DNA of 64,000 bases from Spirochaetae bacterium HGW-Spirochaetae-2 (GTDB lineage Bacteria > Spirochaetota > Spirochaetia > Sphaerochaetales > Sphaerochaetaceae), in NCBI GenBank assembly GCA_002839355.1, contig PGXW01000010.1, positions 11,057-75,056 on the forward strand, in the 5' to 3' direction. Below the pieces are notes generated by a model. That model had not been told where the DNA came from and made no database searches. It saw only the letters and a program-made list of their open reading frames with translations. The position numbers and the translations under genes were made by a program. Below are positions 1 to 9,973 of this stretch, one piece after another; position 1 is the stretch's first letter, and every line of letters begins with the position of its first letter.

Positions 1-1
1 A

Positions 2-316
2 AAAACCCATGAGCAAATCGCCCAGCGCATGCAATACTTCAGGGATGCCGGAATGCCCGGGCTTGGAGAATTCATGTTGCTCGACGATATCTTCGATGTT
101 CGGGTTGATTCTGTCCGGGGAAAGCTACCCTCGCCGTTCGGTGGTCCCGGAATGTATGACAAGGTGAATACCACGGTCATCAACAAACGCCTTGGCCGGG
201 AAGTGACCTTCACCGACCTGCATATCCATTTTGTACGGGATCATGGGTTCTACGAGGGCAAGGGCTCCCTATTCAGGTTGGAACCCCACGACCTTATCGA
301 AATTCTGGAAGTTTGA
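2..316 (+). CDS. hypothetical protein, 5' end truncated by window edge (C-terminal ~105 aa)
   Basis: Reading frame is open from position 2 through the stop at 316, with no in-frame stop upstream of the ATG at 29. No family recognised. Confidence 0.35.
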   Translation, partial: KTHEQIAQRMQYFRDAGMPGLGEFMLLDDIFDVRVDSVRGKLPSPFGGPGMYDKVNTTVINKRLGREVTFTDLHIHFVRDHGFYEGKGSLFRLEPHDLIEILEV

Positions 317-325
317 CGGTCCGGA

Positions 326-2353
326 TCACTTCAAGTCATCCCATGACAACTGCAACACCTGCTCGACAAACAGTCGGGCAAGGTCGGTGTCGAACTGAGA
401 CCCCGAACAGCGTTTGAGTTCCGCAGCCGCTTCGCGGTCACCCACCGCTTCGCGGTAGGGCCGGGCAGCAGTCATCGCGTCATAGGCATCCACGATCGTG
501 ATGATCCGTGCCTGTAGTGGTATCTCCTCTCCCCGCAAACCCCTGGGGTATCCCTTCCCATCCATGCGCTCATGATGCGAAAGTATGAAGGTCGCCACTT
601 CGCCCAGCTCACCGACCGAGCCGAGTATCCTGTACCCGGTCTCGGGATGCCGCTTTATTGCTTCCCATTCCGCTTCATTCAACACACCATCCTTGTTGAG
701 GATAGACTCGTCTATCGCGATTTTCCCGATATCGTGCAACAACCCCGCCGTGCGCATTTCCGAGACTTCCTTGTTTCCCAACCCCAACGCCTCGGCCAAC
801 CGGACACCCAATACGCTCACCCTTCGCGAGTGCAGCTCTTCCCTCCGGTTCTTCTCGTGCAAGGTATTGATAATGGTGTTTATCGCTTTGCTACGGGCGC
901 TGGGGCTTTCGCTCAGCTTGCTCCGGTTCAGGGCATTCTCGGCTTGCTTGACCACTTCGTTCAAGTCCTCGCCCGTGTGATGCTTCACCGCCACCCCAAA
1001 CGATACGGTAACTTCCACGCTCCGGACCCCAATGGTTGATATCCGTTGTTGTATCGTCGCTGTCAAAGCCCATGCGGAAGCCTCGTCTGTCGTAGGCAAC
1101 AACAGGGCATATTCGTCCCCACCAATACGGGCACAGTACCCGCCTGTTCCCATGATCGACTGTATTTCGCGTGCTATCCGTATCAACAATCCGTCCCCGA
1201 CTTCCCGACCGAAGGCGTCATTCACCAGTTTCAGACCATTGACGTCCCCGATCGCCACTGCCAGCGGATACACTCCAACACTATCGAGTTCCTTCAACTT
1301 CCTCTCGAAATGGGTGCGGTTGAACAGATCGGTCAACGGGTCATGCGAATTCGCATACAAGATAGCCTCTTCCATGGCTTTGCGCTCAGTGATATCGGTG
1401 ACCATGCACAGGTGCTGCCTAATTCCTTTCAATGGTGTCTTCAGAATACTGATAGCCATATTCACCCAGACGAAGGTTCCATCGGGACGTATGAAACGTT
1501 TGTCCAATGTGAAGGATTCGATGTCACCGTTGATCAAGCTCTCTGTCAAGTGTTGATCCGCGGCAATATCGTCGGGATGGGTGATGGACATCCAGGTGAC
1601 TCCAATAAAAGAGTCCCGTGTCCTCCCGATGATTTCCAGAAACTTCCTGTTGACTTCGATCGGCGTTGCAGTCCGGGAATCGGTCACGGTGATACCCATG
1701 GGAGCCTGTTCGAACATGGTCTTGAAACGATGTTCGCTGATTTCCAGACGATTGATGATATCTATGCGCTGCACTTGGAAGAACAACAGCATGGAGAGCA
1801 GATACGAACCGATCGGATAGACGAACAGGATGGGCAAGCTCATAGCACGAACGACGTGCCATTGGTCTTGGTTCGGAATAAGGAACATGCAGGCGAGCAT
1901 GACGACATGCACCAACAAGCCCACCAGGTACAATTCGAAATTGGCCGGAGATTTTGTCTGCATGAACCTCCGGTAACGGAAATGGTGCCAGAGTACGCCG
2001 ATGGCACAAGCAGTCGAGATAACGGAAATTCCGGTCACCATTCCACTTCCACCAAGGAATATCCGGTATGAAAGCATTATACAAGATGCGATTATGGCGG
2101 GAATAGGCCCGAAGAACATGCCCGTTACACCGATTATGATCGACCTGCCGTCGAATACGATACCGTCGGCAAGGACAAACGGTCGGGACATGATAAGCAT
2201 GCCGACCAGTCCGATGGCAAATCCCATGATAGTGAGAAACCGTTTTGTAGTTCGCATAGCCTTGAAGGGATAGGTGGCGTACACCACGCTGACCGAGAGC
2301 AACAGGGCTATGTTGTAGATAATATCAATAACCATTTGAAAAACAATCCTCAA
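326..2353 (-). CDS. membrane-anchored PAS-GGDEF-HD-GYP c-di-GMP signalling protein (GGDEF motif variant GGDEY)
   Basis: 675 aa. N-terminal block of about five hydrophobic helices, then a PAS-like region. GGDEF-type motif reads RIGGDEYALLL. C-terminal HD-GYP motifs LLHDIGK and HHERMDGKGYP. Confidence 0.85.
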   Translation of the reverse strand: MRIVFQMVIDIIYNIALLLSVSVVYATYPFKAMRTTKRFLTIMGFAIGLVGMLIMSRPFVLADGIVFDGRSIIIGVTGMFFGPIPAIIASCIMLSYRIFLGGSGMVTGISVISTACAIGVLWHHFRYRRFMQTKSPANFELYLVGLLVHVVMLACMFLIPNQDQWHVVRAMSLPILFVYPIGSYLLSMLLFFQVQRIDIINRLEISEHRFKTMFEQAPMGITVTDSRTATPIEVNRKFLEIIGRTRDSFIGVTWMSITHPDDIAADQHLTESLINGDIESFTLDKRFIRPDGTFVWVNMAISILKTPLKGIRQHLCMVTDITERKAMEEAILYANSHDPLTDLFNRTHFERKLKELDSVGVYPLAVAIGDVNGLKLVNDAFGREVGDGLLIRIAREIQSIMGTGGYCARIGGDEYALLLPTTDEASAWALTATIQQRISTIGVRSVEVTVSFGVAVKHHTGEDLNEVVKQAENALNRSKLSESPSARSKAINTIINTLHEKNRREELHSRRVSVLGVRLAEALGLGNKEVSEMRTAGLLHDIGKIAIDESILNKDGVLNEAEWEAIKRHPETGYRILGSVGELGEVATFILSHHERMDGKGYPRGLRGEEIPLQARIITIVDAYDAMTAARPYREAVGDREAAAELKRCSGSQFDTDLARLFVEQVLQLSWDDLK

Positions 2354-2485
2354 CTGTGGGTTCGAAGCGACTATGTCCCCCAGATTTCATGGTATCACAG
2401 AACATCTGCATGATATAGTAAAAGTTTGCTATTTATCGGTCACGGAAAAACTTATGCCACAAGTTTTGTCTTGCTACAAAACATC

Positions 2486-3397
2486 CTACACGTACACGAC
2501 CCTATCCCTTCCCTGCTCTTTCGCCAGATACAAGGCTTTGTCCGCACGGCTGACGATAGTCGCGGTGTCAGTGTCGAATATCGTTACATCCGAGACCCCG
2601 ATGCTTACAGTGACCGGCAGGGTAGTCTCTCCAAAGCTGAAGCTGTGCCGATGGATGCTGAGACACAATTGATCCGCTATTTCCATCGCATGGGGCAACG
2701 GTGTTCCCGTAATCGAGAGGATGAATTCATCGCCACCGAAACGGGCGACAATGGCATGCTTCGGAACAGCTTCCTGAATCACCGCCACCAATTGCCTCAA
2801 TACCTGGTCCCCCGCGTAATGTCCGTACGTATCGTTTATCGGTTTGAAATGGTCGATATCCAGGATCATGACCACCAGCGGGACCTTGTCACGGGTATAC
2901 ATATCCAGCTGCTCACTCAAATGGTCGAAGAAGTAGCGGCGATTCGGCACCTTTGTCAAGGAATCCTGGTAGGACAGTTCCCGCAATTTTTGCTGCAAGT
3001 GCTTGCGCTCTGTAATATTGAGAATCAAGGCGGTTACTGCCCGCTGTCCATCGAAAAGGCTTTCCAGGGGGAACATCCGCGCTTCGAACCACTGTGTTCC
3101 GCCCGGCCCATTCTTGGGAATTCCATCTACAGTCTCGGTCGCCAATTGGTATTCGAACGAATTCAAGGTACTTCCCTGCAGTGTTCGATGCACCTGGTTC
3201 ATGAAGAATTCCGCAAAATCCTTCTCCATGAAATCAAAGATATTCCGACCCTTCAAGGCTGCCGCATCGTCGTACAGACTGCGTTCTGTTCCCCCGAAAA
3301 CATCCAGGTACGTGCCATCATCGGAAATGATGAAGAATGGATCGGCGATCGATTTGAGTAGATTCTCATACAGATCAAGCATGGCTTGTCGGCCCAT
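2486..3397 (-). CDS. PAS-GGDEF diguanylate cyclase
   Basis: GGDEF motif RFGGDEFILS with a PAS-like N-terminus. Start set at the ATG of MGRQAML (3397), 8 nt after GAGGAGGG. The longer ORF to 3550 would overlap the upstream gene by 176 bp. Confidence 0.8.
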   Translation of the reverse strand: MGRQAMLDLYENLLKSIADPFFIISDDGTYLDVFGGTERSLYDDAAALKGRNIFDFMEKDFAEFFMNQVHRTLQGSTLNSFEYQLATETVDGIPKNGPGGTQWFEARMFPLESLFDGQRAVTALILNITERKHLQQKLRELSYQDSLTKVPNRRYFFDHLSEQLDMYTRDKVPLVVMILDIDHFKPINDTYGHYAGDQVLRQLVAVIQEAVPKHAIVARFGGDEFILSITGTPLPHAMEIADQLCLSIHRHSFSFGETTLPVTVSIGVSDVTIFDTDTATIVSRADKALYLAKEQGRDRVVYV

Positions 3398-6005
3398 CAC
3401 TAATACCCTCCTCGCTGATAGTGTCTTTTTCCAGATATTCCCGCGGTAACGAAACCAACGTCTCCACGACCTTCGGATCGAATTGCGTCCCGATATATGT
3501 TTGCAGTTCTTCAAGGGCTCCAGGGATTTCCAACGGGTGCTTGAATCCACTGGAACTTGTCATGGAATCGAATGCATTGGCTACCGCAATGATTTTCGAT
3601 TGCAGGGGAATCTCACTGTCGACAAGTCCCTGGGGATATCCTTTCCCATCGGGTTGTTCGTGATGGGCAAGTATCCAGTCTGCGATACGACCGAAATTCT
3701 GGACGGACCGCAGAATCTGAAATCCCATCTCCGGGTGCCGCCGCATTTGTTCCCACTCGTGTGCATCCAGTGGACCCACCCTGTTGAGCACATCGGTATC
3801 TATTCCGATCTTGCCAATGTCGTGCAACATGCCCGCCAGCCGCAACTCGTCCAGATCACCCGATGCAAGTCCCATCGCCTTGCCGATCTCATAGGAGAGA
3901 AACGAGACTTTATTGCTGTGCTTGCGCTCATACAAGCCCTTCTCATGCAGACCATTGATCAACAGCTTTATCACATCGTGCTTATAGCTTGAGCTTTCGA
4001 GCAACTTGCGCCGGTACATGATATCCTCCGCTTCCTTGAACAACGGCTCCAGCGATGCTACAGGGGCGGCAAGGGTCGCTGAACCGAATGAGACCGAAAG
4101 ACGTGTTTTCCCGACAATCTGTTGCGAGACGGCTTGCATGATCGCATCGATGCGCGCTTGGGCCTCGGGTTGGGAAGTGTTGGGGAACAGCAGCACGAAT
4201 TCATCTCCCCCTATCCTGGCAACCACGTCGTCCGGCTGTTTCGATTGCACAAGCACATTCGCGCACGATTTGAGCAACTGGTCGCCGACCTGATGCCCGA
4301 ACACATCGTTGGTAAGCTTCAGTCCATTCACATCGCACACGACCATGGTCAAGGGAAGGGAAGCCGGTTCCGCATAGGTGCGTTGATGTTCTTCGAAATA
4401 GCGCCTGTTGAACAGTCCGGTAAGTTGATCCCGGTAACTCAGGTGGAGGATCTTCTCCTCATTCAACTTGCGTGAAGTCACATCCCGGCTCACACCAATG
4501 GCTTCGATACTTCCAGTCTCGGTATAGCGGAAATTTATCGAGGCATCGGCCCAGATGATCGTCCCGTCGGCTTTCCTGTGGCGAACCTGGAACGTCCACT
4601 TGTTCTGAGGTCCCGGGTTCCGTTTGAATTCCAAGATCATTCGCCGCAGACGGTGCACAGTCGGGGCGATATCGGCTGGGTGCAGGGAGGTTCCGAAGGG
4701 AAGCGTCATCAGCTCTTCCGGAGAATACCCGAGGAACTGTTTCACCGAAGGACTCATATAGGAGAAGGTCTTGTTCATCATGTCGAAGACCCAGATCACA
4801 TCCGAGGCATGTTCTGCCATGAGGCGGTACATCCGTTCACTTTTCTCGAGGGCAACCGCCCCTTCCTTCCGCTCGGTCATATCGAGCTGCATGCCGAAAT
4901 GGCCGACAACACGTCCCTTGGAGTCGTAGATGCACGAATAGTCTCCGACTGTCCACAACGGAGTGCCGTCCATGCGCCGTTCCTGGGTTTCGAAATTGAT
5001 CCGACCCTGGTCAAGCAACTTTCTCCAGGCCTTCCTGATCTCATCCATATCGGTTTTGAAGAATTCGAGGGACGTCTTTCCGATCACCTGATCCTTGGTA
5101 GCACGATATTGGTCCAACAAGGCCTGGTTGGTCCTAACCACCCGCTGGTGGCTCAGGATATATTCCAAGGTTGCATCCTTATCGACGGAATGCCTCCAAT
5201 CCACCGGTTCATCCAGCATCATCATATACATTCCTGTCAGGGTCTGGTCGAACAACAGGTTCATCAGATCCAACTCGCGTTGCTTCTGTTTATCCGCGGC
5301 AAGCTTATCGGTAATATCCCGGGCCGCACCGTAGACGAGGCCATCGCTCACGTGGGCACGCCACTCCAGCGAATGGTATGAGCCGTCGAAGGCAAGGTAA
5401 CGGTTCACGAAATTGCGTATCACCCGGTCCTCTCCCAACTCCTTCATCATCGCTGCGGTCGATTCGATATCGTTCGGATGGATATAATCGTAAATATGGG
5501 CACTGAGCAAGGCCTGTTTCGGATATCCCAAGGAAGTTGTCCATTCATCGTTGGCCATGATAATTTTCCCATCGAAATCTATGACACACAATAGAATCGG
5601 GGTAAGGTTGAAGATTCCCTCATGAATGCGCAACCGCTTGATCTCATGGCTGATATCCACTACCTGGAGTACGATAAACCCAGGTTCCGGACAAAAGGCC
5701 CTCACACTTATCCAGCGGTCGGACTTGTCGAGATGCTGGACAAAATTCTGCCGTCTTCCCGTCAGTCCGATCCTACCCACCGTCGTAATCCAGTTGAAGT
5801 CGCTGGTAATCCCTTCGGGAAACAAGTCCCTCGTCCGTTTACCGAGAAACGAATCGCTATCCAAGGAGAACAGATATGCGAACGCAGCGTTGACCTCTAC
5901 GAATTCGAAGTCGACGGGCACCTCTTGGGCATCGGTGAGAACCTTGATATATGCATAACCGTACGATGATTCGGCAATAATCCTACGGTAGAAAGCTTCA
6001 TCCAT
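3375..6005 (-). CDS. cytoplasmic multi-PAS GGDEF + HD-GYP protein
   Basis: 876 aa with about four PAS repeats. Intact GGDEF (RIGGDEFVLLF). C-terminal HD-GYP motifs MLHDIGKIGI and HHEQPDGKGYP. No transmembrane segment seen. Confidence 0.85.
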   Translation of the reverse strand: MDEAFYRRIIAESSYGYAYIKVLTDAQEVPVDFEFVEVNAAFAYLFSLDSDSFLGKRTRDLFPEGITSDFNWITTVGRIGLTGRRQNFVQHLDKSDRWISVRAFCPEPGFIVLQVVDISHEIKRLRIHEGIFNLTPILLCVIDFDGKIIMANDEWTTSLGYPKQALLSAHIYDYIHPNDIESTAAMMKELGEDRVIRNFVNRYLAFDGSYHSLEWRAHVSDGLVYGAARDITDKLAADKQKQRELDLMNLLFDQTLTGMYMMMLDEPVDWRHSVDKDATLEYILSHQRVVRTNQALLDQYRATKDQVIGKTSLEFFKTDMDEIRKAWRKLLDQGRINFETQERRMDGTPLWTVGDYSCIYDSKGRVVGHFGMQLDMTERKEGAVALEKSERMYRLMAEHASDVIWVFDMMNKTFSYMSPSVKQFLGYSPEELMTLPFGTSLHPADIAPTVHRLRRMILEFKRNPGPQNKWTFQVRHRKADGTIIWADASINFRYTETGSIEAIGVSRDVTSRKLNEEKILHLSYRDQLTGLFNRRYFEEHQRTYAEPASLPLTMVVCDVNGLKLTNDVFGHQVGDQLLKSCANVLVQSKQPDDVVARIGGDEFVLLFPNTSQPEAQARIDAIMQAVSQQIVGKTRLSVSFGSATLAAPVASLEPLFKEAEDIMYRRKLLESSSYKHDVIKLLINGLHEKGLYERKHSNKVSFLSYEIGKAMGLASGDLDELRLAGMLHDIGKIGIDTDVLNRVGPLDAHEWEQMRRHPEMGFQILRSVQNFGRIADWILAHHEQPDGKGYPQGLVDSEIPLQSKIIAVANAFDSMTSSSGFKHPLEIPGALEELQTYIGTQFDPKVVETLVSLPREYLEKDTISEEGISDGPTSHA

Positions 6006-6161
6006 CTGAATTTCCTTATACTCTTGTCATATACTACCATGGAACGGGTATTGCTTCCATCGATTGCCCTGTCCATTCACCCAAGTTGAAAGGAAAACAC
6101 ACACAATGGGTGACAGATTCCATTTTCAGTTGTACCATACAATTGTCAGTGGAGAGAACAA

Positions 6162-6575
6162 GTGGAAACTGAAATGCTCTTGGCCCCCTGCGGTATGAAT
6201 TGCTCGGTCTGCTCCGGCATACTGAGGGCAAAGCCCATATGCGGGGGATGCGCGTCCGAACAACCAAAACCCCGGTCCTGTGAACATTGCGTCATAAAGC
6301 GTTGTGCCCAGGACAAACCCGATGGAACTTGCATGACGTGCACCACTATGCCCTGTGCACGCCTAAAACGTCTGGATGCCCGATACCGCTCGAAATATGG
6401 CATGAGCATGATCGAGAATCTCTCTTTCATCCGTGAAGCAGGGTTGCCTGCATGGAACGAACGGGAGCTTCACAAGTGGCAGTGCCCCTCTTGCGGCAAC
6501 CTGTTGTCCGCCCACAAGTCGACGTGCCTCTCCTGCGGTGAAACAAACCCCTACTATATTATCCGGAAACCGTAA
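6162..6575 (+). CDS. small Cys-rich protein (DUF3795-like, putative metal-binding)
   Basis: 137 aa with about 20 Cys in CxxC-type pairs (CGMNCSVCSG, CGGCAS, CEHCVIKRC, CPSCGN, CLSCGE). Plus-strand gene among minus-strand genes; its 3' end overlaps ptb by 17 bp. Confidence 0.5.
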   Translation: METEMLLAPCGMNCSVCSGILRAKPICGGCASEQPKPRSCEHCVIKRCAQDKPDGTCMTCTTMPCARLKRLDARYRSKYGMSMIENLSFIREAGLPAWNERELHKWQCPSCGNLLSAHKSTCLSCGETNPYYIIRKP

Positions 6576-7428
6576 GAGCCATATTGATCGACTCGATGCG
6601 CGTGTGCATCGATTCCGAACGGGAGGTAAGCACCACCGGGAGCTTGGCACCCACCACGATTCCGGCTGAAACGACATCCGGAGCCGAAAGGAAGGCTTTG
6701 AACGTGGCATTCGCGGCATCGATATTGCCGAATACAAGAATATCGGCGTCACCGGGAACCTCCCCTTCTATCCCCTTCACGCGGGCTGCCTGAACAGACA
6801 ACGCGACATCCAGACCGAACGGCCCCTCTATGACAGCATCCTCGAAGACAGCGGTATTCTTCTGGAGGAACACAATCTGGGAGGCATCGGTAGTGGAAAC
6901 GATGCGGGGGTTGACCGTCTCGACCGGACAGACCAACGCGATCTTCGGTTGGGGAATTCCGATATTGTGGGCGACGGCGATGGCGTTGGCGATAATTTGC
7001 ACCTTCTTATCCAAATCCGGCACAATCGAGACGGCGGCATCGGTAAGCAGCAATTGCTTGTGGTACCAAGGCAAAACCAACCGTGCGACATGGCTGAGCA
7101 GCGAACCTTCAGGCAACAGTCCATACTCCTTGTCCAGGATCGCCCGTAGGAAGTCGGCGGTGTGCACCGATCCTTTCATAAGTACGTGCACGCTCCCATC
7201 CATCGCCGCGTGAGCCGCCAATTTGCACGCTTCGATATCATCGGAGGCATCGATAATCCGCAACCCTTCGATGTCTATTCCCAACGCTTGGGCTTTTTCC
7301 CTGGTTTCCTTGGTATTGCCGATCAAGAGGAACTCGGCGTCATGTTCCGTTTGGAAGGCTTGCATCGCCCGCAGACTCTCGTTATGGGCCGATCCGACAA
7401 GTGCGACGGTTTTTTTCGATTCACTCAT
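6559..7428 (-). CDS. ptb: phosphate butyryltransferase / phosphotransacylase
   Basis: 289 aa, Pta/Ptb-family similarity. Immediately downstream of butyrate kinase with an 8-bp overlap. Confidence 0.8.
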   Translation of the reverse strand: MSESKKTVALVGSAHNESLRAMQAFQTEHDAEFLLIGNTKETREKAQALGIDIEGLRIIDASDDIEACKLAAHAAMDGSVHVLMKGSVHTADFLRAILDKEYGLLPEGSLLSHVARLVLPWYHKQLLLTDAAVSIVPDLDKKVQIIANAIAVAHNIGIPQPKIALVCPVETVNPRIVSTTDASQIVFLQKNTAVFEDAVIEGPFGLDVALSVQAARVKGIEGEVPGDADILVFGNIDAANATFKAFLSAPDVVSAGIVVGAKLPVVLTSRSESMHTRIESINMALTVSG

Positions 7429-8503
7429 ACTCCATCACCTCCCGGGTACGGTCCAGCACCGCATAGCCATTCTCTGCCAACGACTGCATTTCCCCTTCGC
7501 CGGGAATAACAATGATCGGCACCAGTCGACCTATGCGGGATTCGACCATCCCCATCATGGTTGTATTATGGGCTATGCCACCGGTTAATACAACAGCATC
7601 GACAAGGCCCTCGAGCACTGCAAGATGGGAAGTGATTTCCTTACATATCTGATACACAAGGGCACGGACCCAGAATTGAGCCTGTTCGTCACCGTCTTGT
7701 GCGGCTTGTGACAAGGCCTTGACATCCCGGCTTCCCGTATAGGCGTACAACCCGCCCGAACCGGTAATCCGCTTGCGCAGCTGGTCATAGGTGAACCTGC
7801 CGGATAACGTAAGTTTGACCAGCTCCCCCGCCGGAAGAGTTCCCGAACGTTCCGGAGTGAGCGGGCCTTCGCCATCCAACGCATTGTTGACATCGATCAC
7901 CCTCCCATACCTATGCGACCCTACCGAAATTCCTCCACCCAAATGGGCGACGATCAGGCGGCTCTCCTCATACCGTTTTCCCAACTGCCGCGCCGCCTGG
8001 CGTGCCACGAACTTCTGGTTCAACGCATGGAAAATACTTTTCCGTTCTATTTCCGGCATCCCGGATATCCGGGCCTCGTCGATCATTTCGTCAACGACCA
8101 CAGGATCCGCGATAAGAGCGTCGCACCCATACCGCTTTGCGACGGCATCGGCCAATGGAGCCCCCAAATTGCACGCATGCTCACCGTACGTGCAATTCTG
8201 CAAGTCACGCAACATCATATGTCCAACTCGGTAGACGCCACCCGGAAGCGGGTGGAGAAGTCCACCACGGCCCATGGTGACGGCGAGATCGCCGGGCTGG
8301 ATGTCGTGTTCATCCAAAAACCGTATGATCAAATCCCGTCTGAACGAGAACTGACCGAACACCGAACCGAATGCGGCCAACTGTTCCACGGTGTGGTCAT
8401 GGTTTCGCACAGCAAATTCCGCCCTATCCTTGAACAGAGCCAATTTGGTTGTGGTCGAACCAGGATTGATCGCCAGTACCAACTCACATTTCTTTTCCAT
8501 CAC
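7421..8503 (-). CDS. buk: butyrate kinase
   Basis: 360 aa. N-terminal LVLAINPGSTTTKLALF matches the acetate/butyrate kinase signature. Adjacent to ptb. Confidence 0.85.
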   Translation of the reverse strand: MMEKKCELVLAINPGSTTTKLALFKDRAEFAVRNHDHTVEQLAAFGSVFGQFSFRRDLIIRFLDEHDIQPGDLAVTMGRGGLLHPLPGGVYRVGHMMLRDLQNCTYGEHACNLGAPLADAVAKRYGCDALIADPVVVDEMIDEARISGMPEIERKSIFHALNQKFVARQAARQLGKRYEESRLIVAHLGGGISVGSHRYGRVIDVNNALDGEGPLTPERSGTLPAGELVKLTLSGRFTYDQLRKRITGSGGLYAYTGSRDVKALSQAAQDGDEQAQFWVRALVYQICKEITSHLAVLEGLVDAVVLTGGIAHNTTMMGMVESRIGRLVPIIVIPGEGEMQSLAENGYAVLDRTREVMEYE

Positions 8504-8536
8504 AACCCCTATGGTGGGATACGGCTTGGTGTCTCT

Positions 8537-9973
8537 CTAGACCATCCCGTTCTCTTGCAAATATACCATTGTGCGTTCCACCAATGAAAGGTTTTTCTCC
8601 AGAAAGGCTTTTTTTCTCAATACCAGTGGAATACACCGCTTGAGCGTATCCAATGGAATAGCCTTGCTGAGCAACAGGTATGCGGTGACCATGACAACAT
8701 TCGCAGCCGAGACCAGACCGGCCTCCTGCGCAAGATCGGTGGCCGGAATGTATATCGTCCTGACATCGGTCCTGCGGACCTTGCGGGTAACAATGGACGA
8801 GTTGACGAAAACCAAGGCGTTCTCGACCACTTGGTCCTCAAAATGGTCAAGGGACGGTCCATTCATGACCAACAACACGTTCGGGTGGTCGACCAAGGGA
8901 GAACCGACATCTTCCATGGACAAGGTCACACTCACATTCGCACTTCCTCCACGCATCTCGGGTCCATAGGAAGGCAGCCAAGAGACTGCGAGTCCTTCCG
9001 ACATCCCGCACGTGGCCACCAATTCCCCAGCGGACAACACGCCTTGTCCGCCGAATCCGGCTATCTTGACCCGTTGGGTCTCCGACAAGGGTTCCATGCG
9101 CATCACCGGAACATCGGAGGCTCCCTTGAGCAGGTCGACCAACGCCTCGTCATCCAACCAGAGCGGTTCTTCCTGGTCGCCCGGCCGATCATCTTGTTTC
9201 GTGACGGAATCACGGAAATTCCCCAACGGATAGAGGAGCGTCATCTGCTGGTCCATCCATGTACGGGCATCGACCGGAGACATGCCCCAGTTGGTCGGAC
9301 AAGGGGAGAGAATCTCCACGAAGGAAAACCCCTTGTTGTCGATCTGATTTTGCAGGGCCTTGTGCACAGCTTTGCGGGTCTTGAGCAATTCCTTGGGGGT
9401 CGCCACCGAGCAGCGCTCGATAAACACCGGTGCGGCGATCGCCTGCATCAGCTCGGCCATACCCATGGGCATACCGTCGCGGTCGCGGTCCCTACCGAAG
9501 GGGGTGGTCAAGGTCTTGCGGCCCAAGGGAGTCGTCGGGGCCATCTGTCCCCCAGTCATACCGTAGATGGCATTGTTGATGAAGAATACGGTTATCGGTT
9601 CACCCCGGTTCGCCGCATGGACGATTTCCGTCATACCGATTCCGGCCAAGTCCCCATCGCCCTGGTAGCTGATCACAATCGCATCCTTGACAGTCCGCTT
9701 GACCCCTGTGGCCACCGCGGGAGCACGGCCGTGGGAACACTGGATATTACCCGTATCGTAGTAATAGTAGGCGAACACGGAACATCCGACCGGTGAGAGG
9801 AAAATTGTCCGATCCTGGATCTTCAAATCATCGATAGCTTGGGCAATGAGCTTCTGGATCGTGCCATGCCCGCAACCGGGGCAATAATGTGTCGATTGCT
9901 CGCCTTCGCCCTTGCGTTCGTAGGTATCGTAGAACGAATCCGATTTCCCGAATTTCTGTACTTGCCCGATCAT
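8537..9973 (-). CDS. 2-oxoacid:ferredoxin oxidoreductase, fused beta (TPP-binding) and gamma subunit
   Basis: 478 aa. TPP motif GDGDLAGIG in the N-terminal two thirds. The C-terminal ~180 aa resemble an OFOR gamma subunit (KIAGFGGQGVLSAGELV). Confidence 0.8.
   Translation of the reverse strand: MIGQVQKFGKSDSFYDTYERKGEGEQSTHYCPGCGHGTIQKLIAQAIDDLKIQDRTIFLSPVGCSVFAYYYYDTGNIQCSHGRAPAVATGVKRTVKDAIVISYQGDGDLAGIGMTEIVHAANRGEPITVFFINNAIYGMTGGQMAPTTPLGRKTLTTPFGRDRDRDGMPMGMAELMQAIAAPVFIERCSVATPKELLKTRKAVHKALQNQIDNKGFSFVEILSPCPTNWGMSPVDARTWMDQQMTLLYPLGNFRDSVTKQDDRPGDQEEPLWLDDEALVDLLKGASDVPVMRMEPLSETQRVKIAGFGGQGVLSAGELVATCGMSEGLAVSWLPSYGPEMRGGSANVSVTLSMEDVGSPLVDHPNVLLVMNGPSLDHFEDQVVENALVFVNSSIVTRKVRRTDVRTIYIPATDLAQEAGLVSAANVVMVTAYLLLSKAIPLDTLKRCIPLVLRKKAFLEKNLSLVERTMVYLQENGMV

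Noticed and set aside
1046-2071. 341-aa plus-strand ORF antisense to the 675-aa GGDEF/HD-GYP gene, and similar long antisense ORFs at 28833-30101, 34629-35624, 40481-41212, 46841-48160 and 58550-59554
   Set aside because: They lie antisense within confidently assigned genes, have low-complexity His/Arg/Gly-rich translations typical of GC-rich shadow frames, and lack an RBS.
2486-3550. Longer 354-aa form of the PAS-GGDEF gene starting at 3550
   Set aside because: It would overlap the upstream 876-aa gene by 176 bp. An internal ATG at 3397 has a strong GAGGAGGG RBS and gives a normal overlap of the stop.
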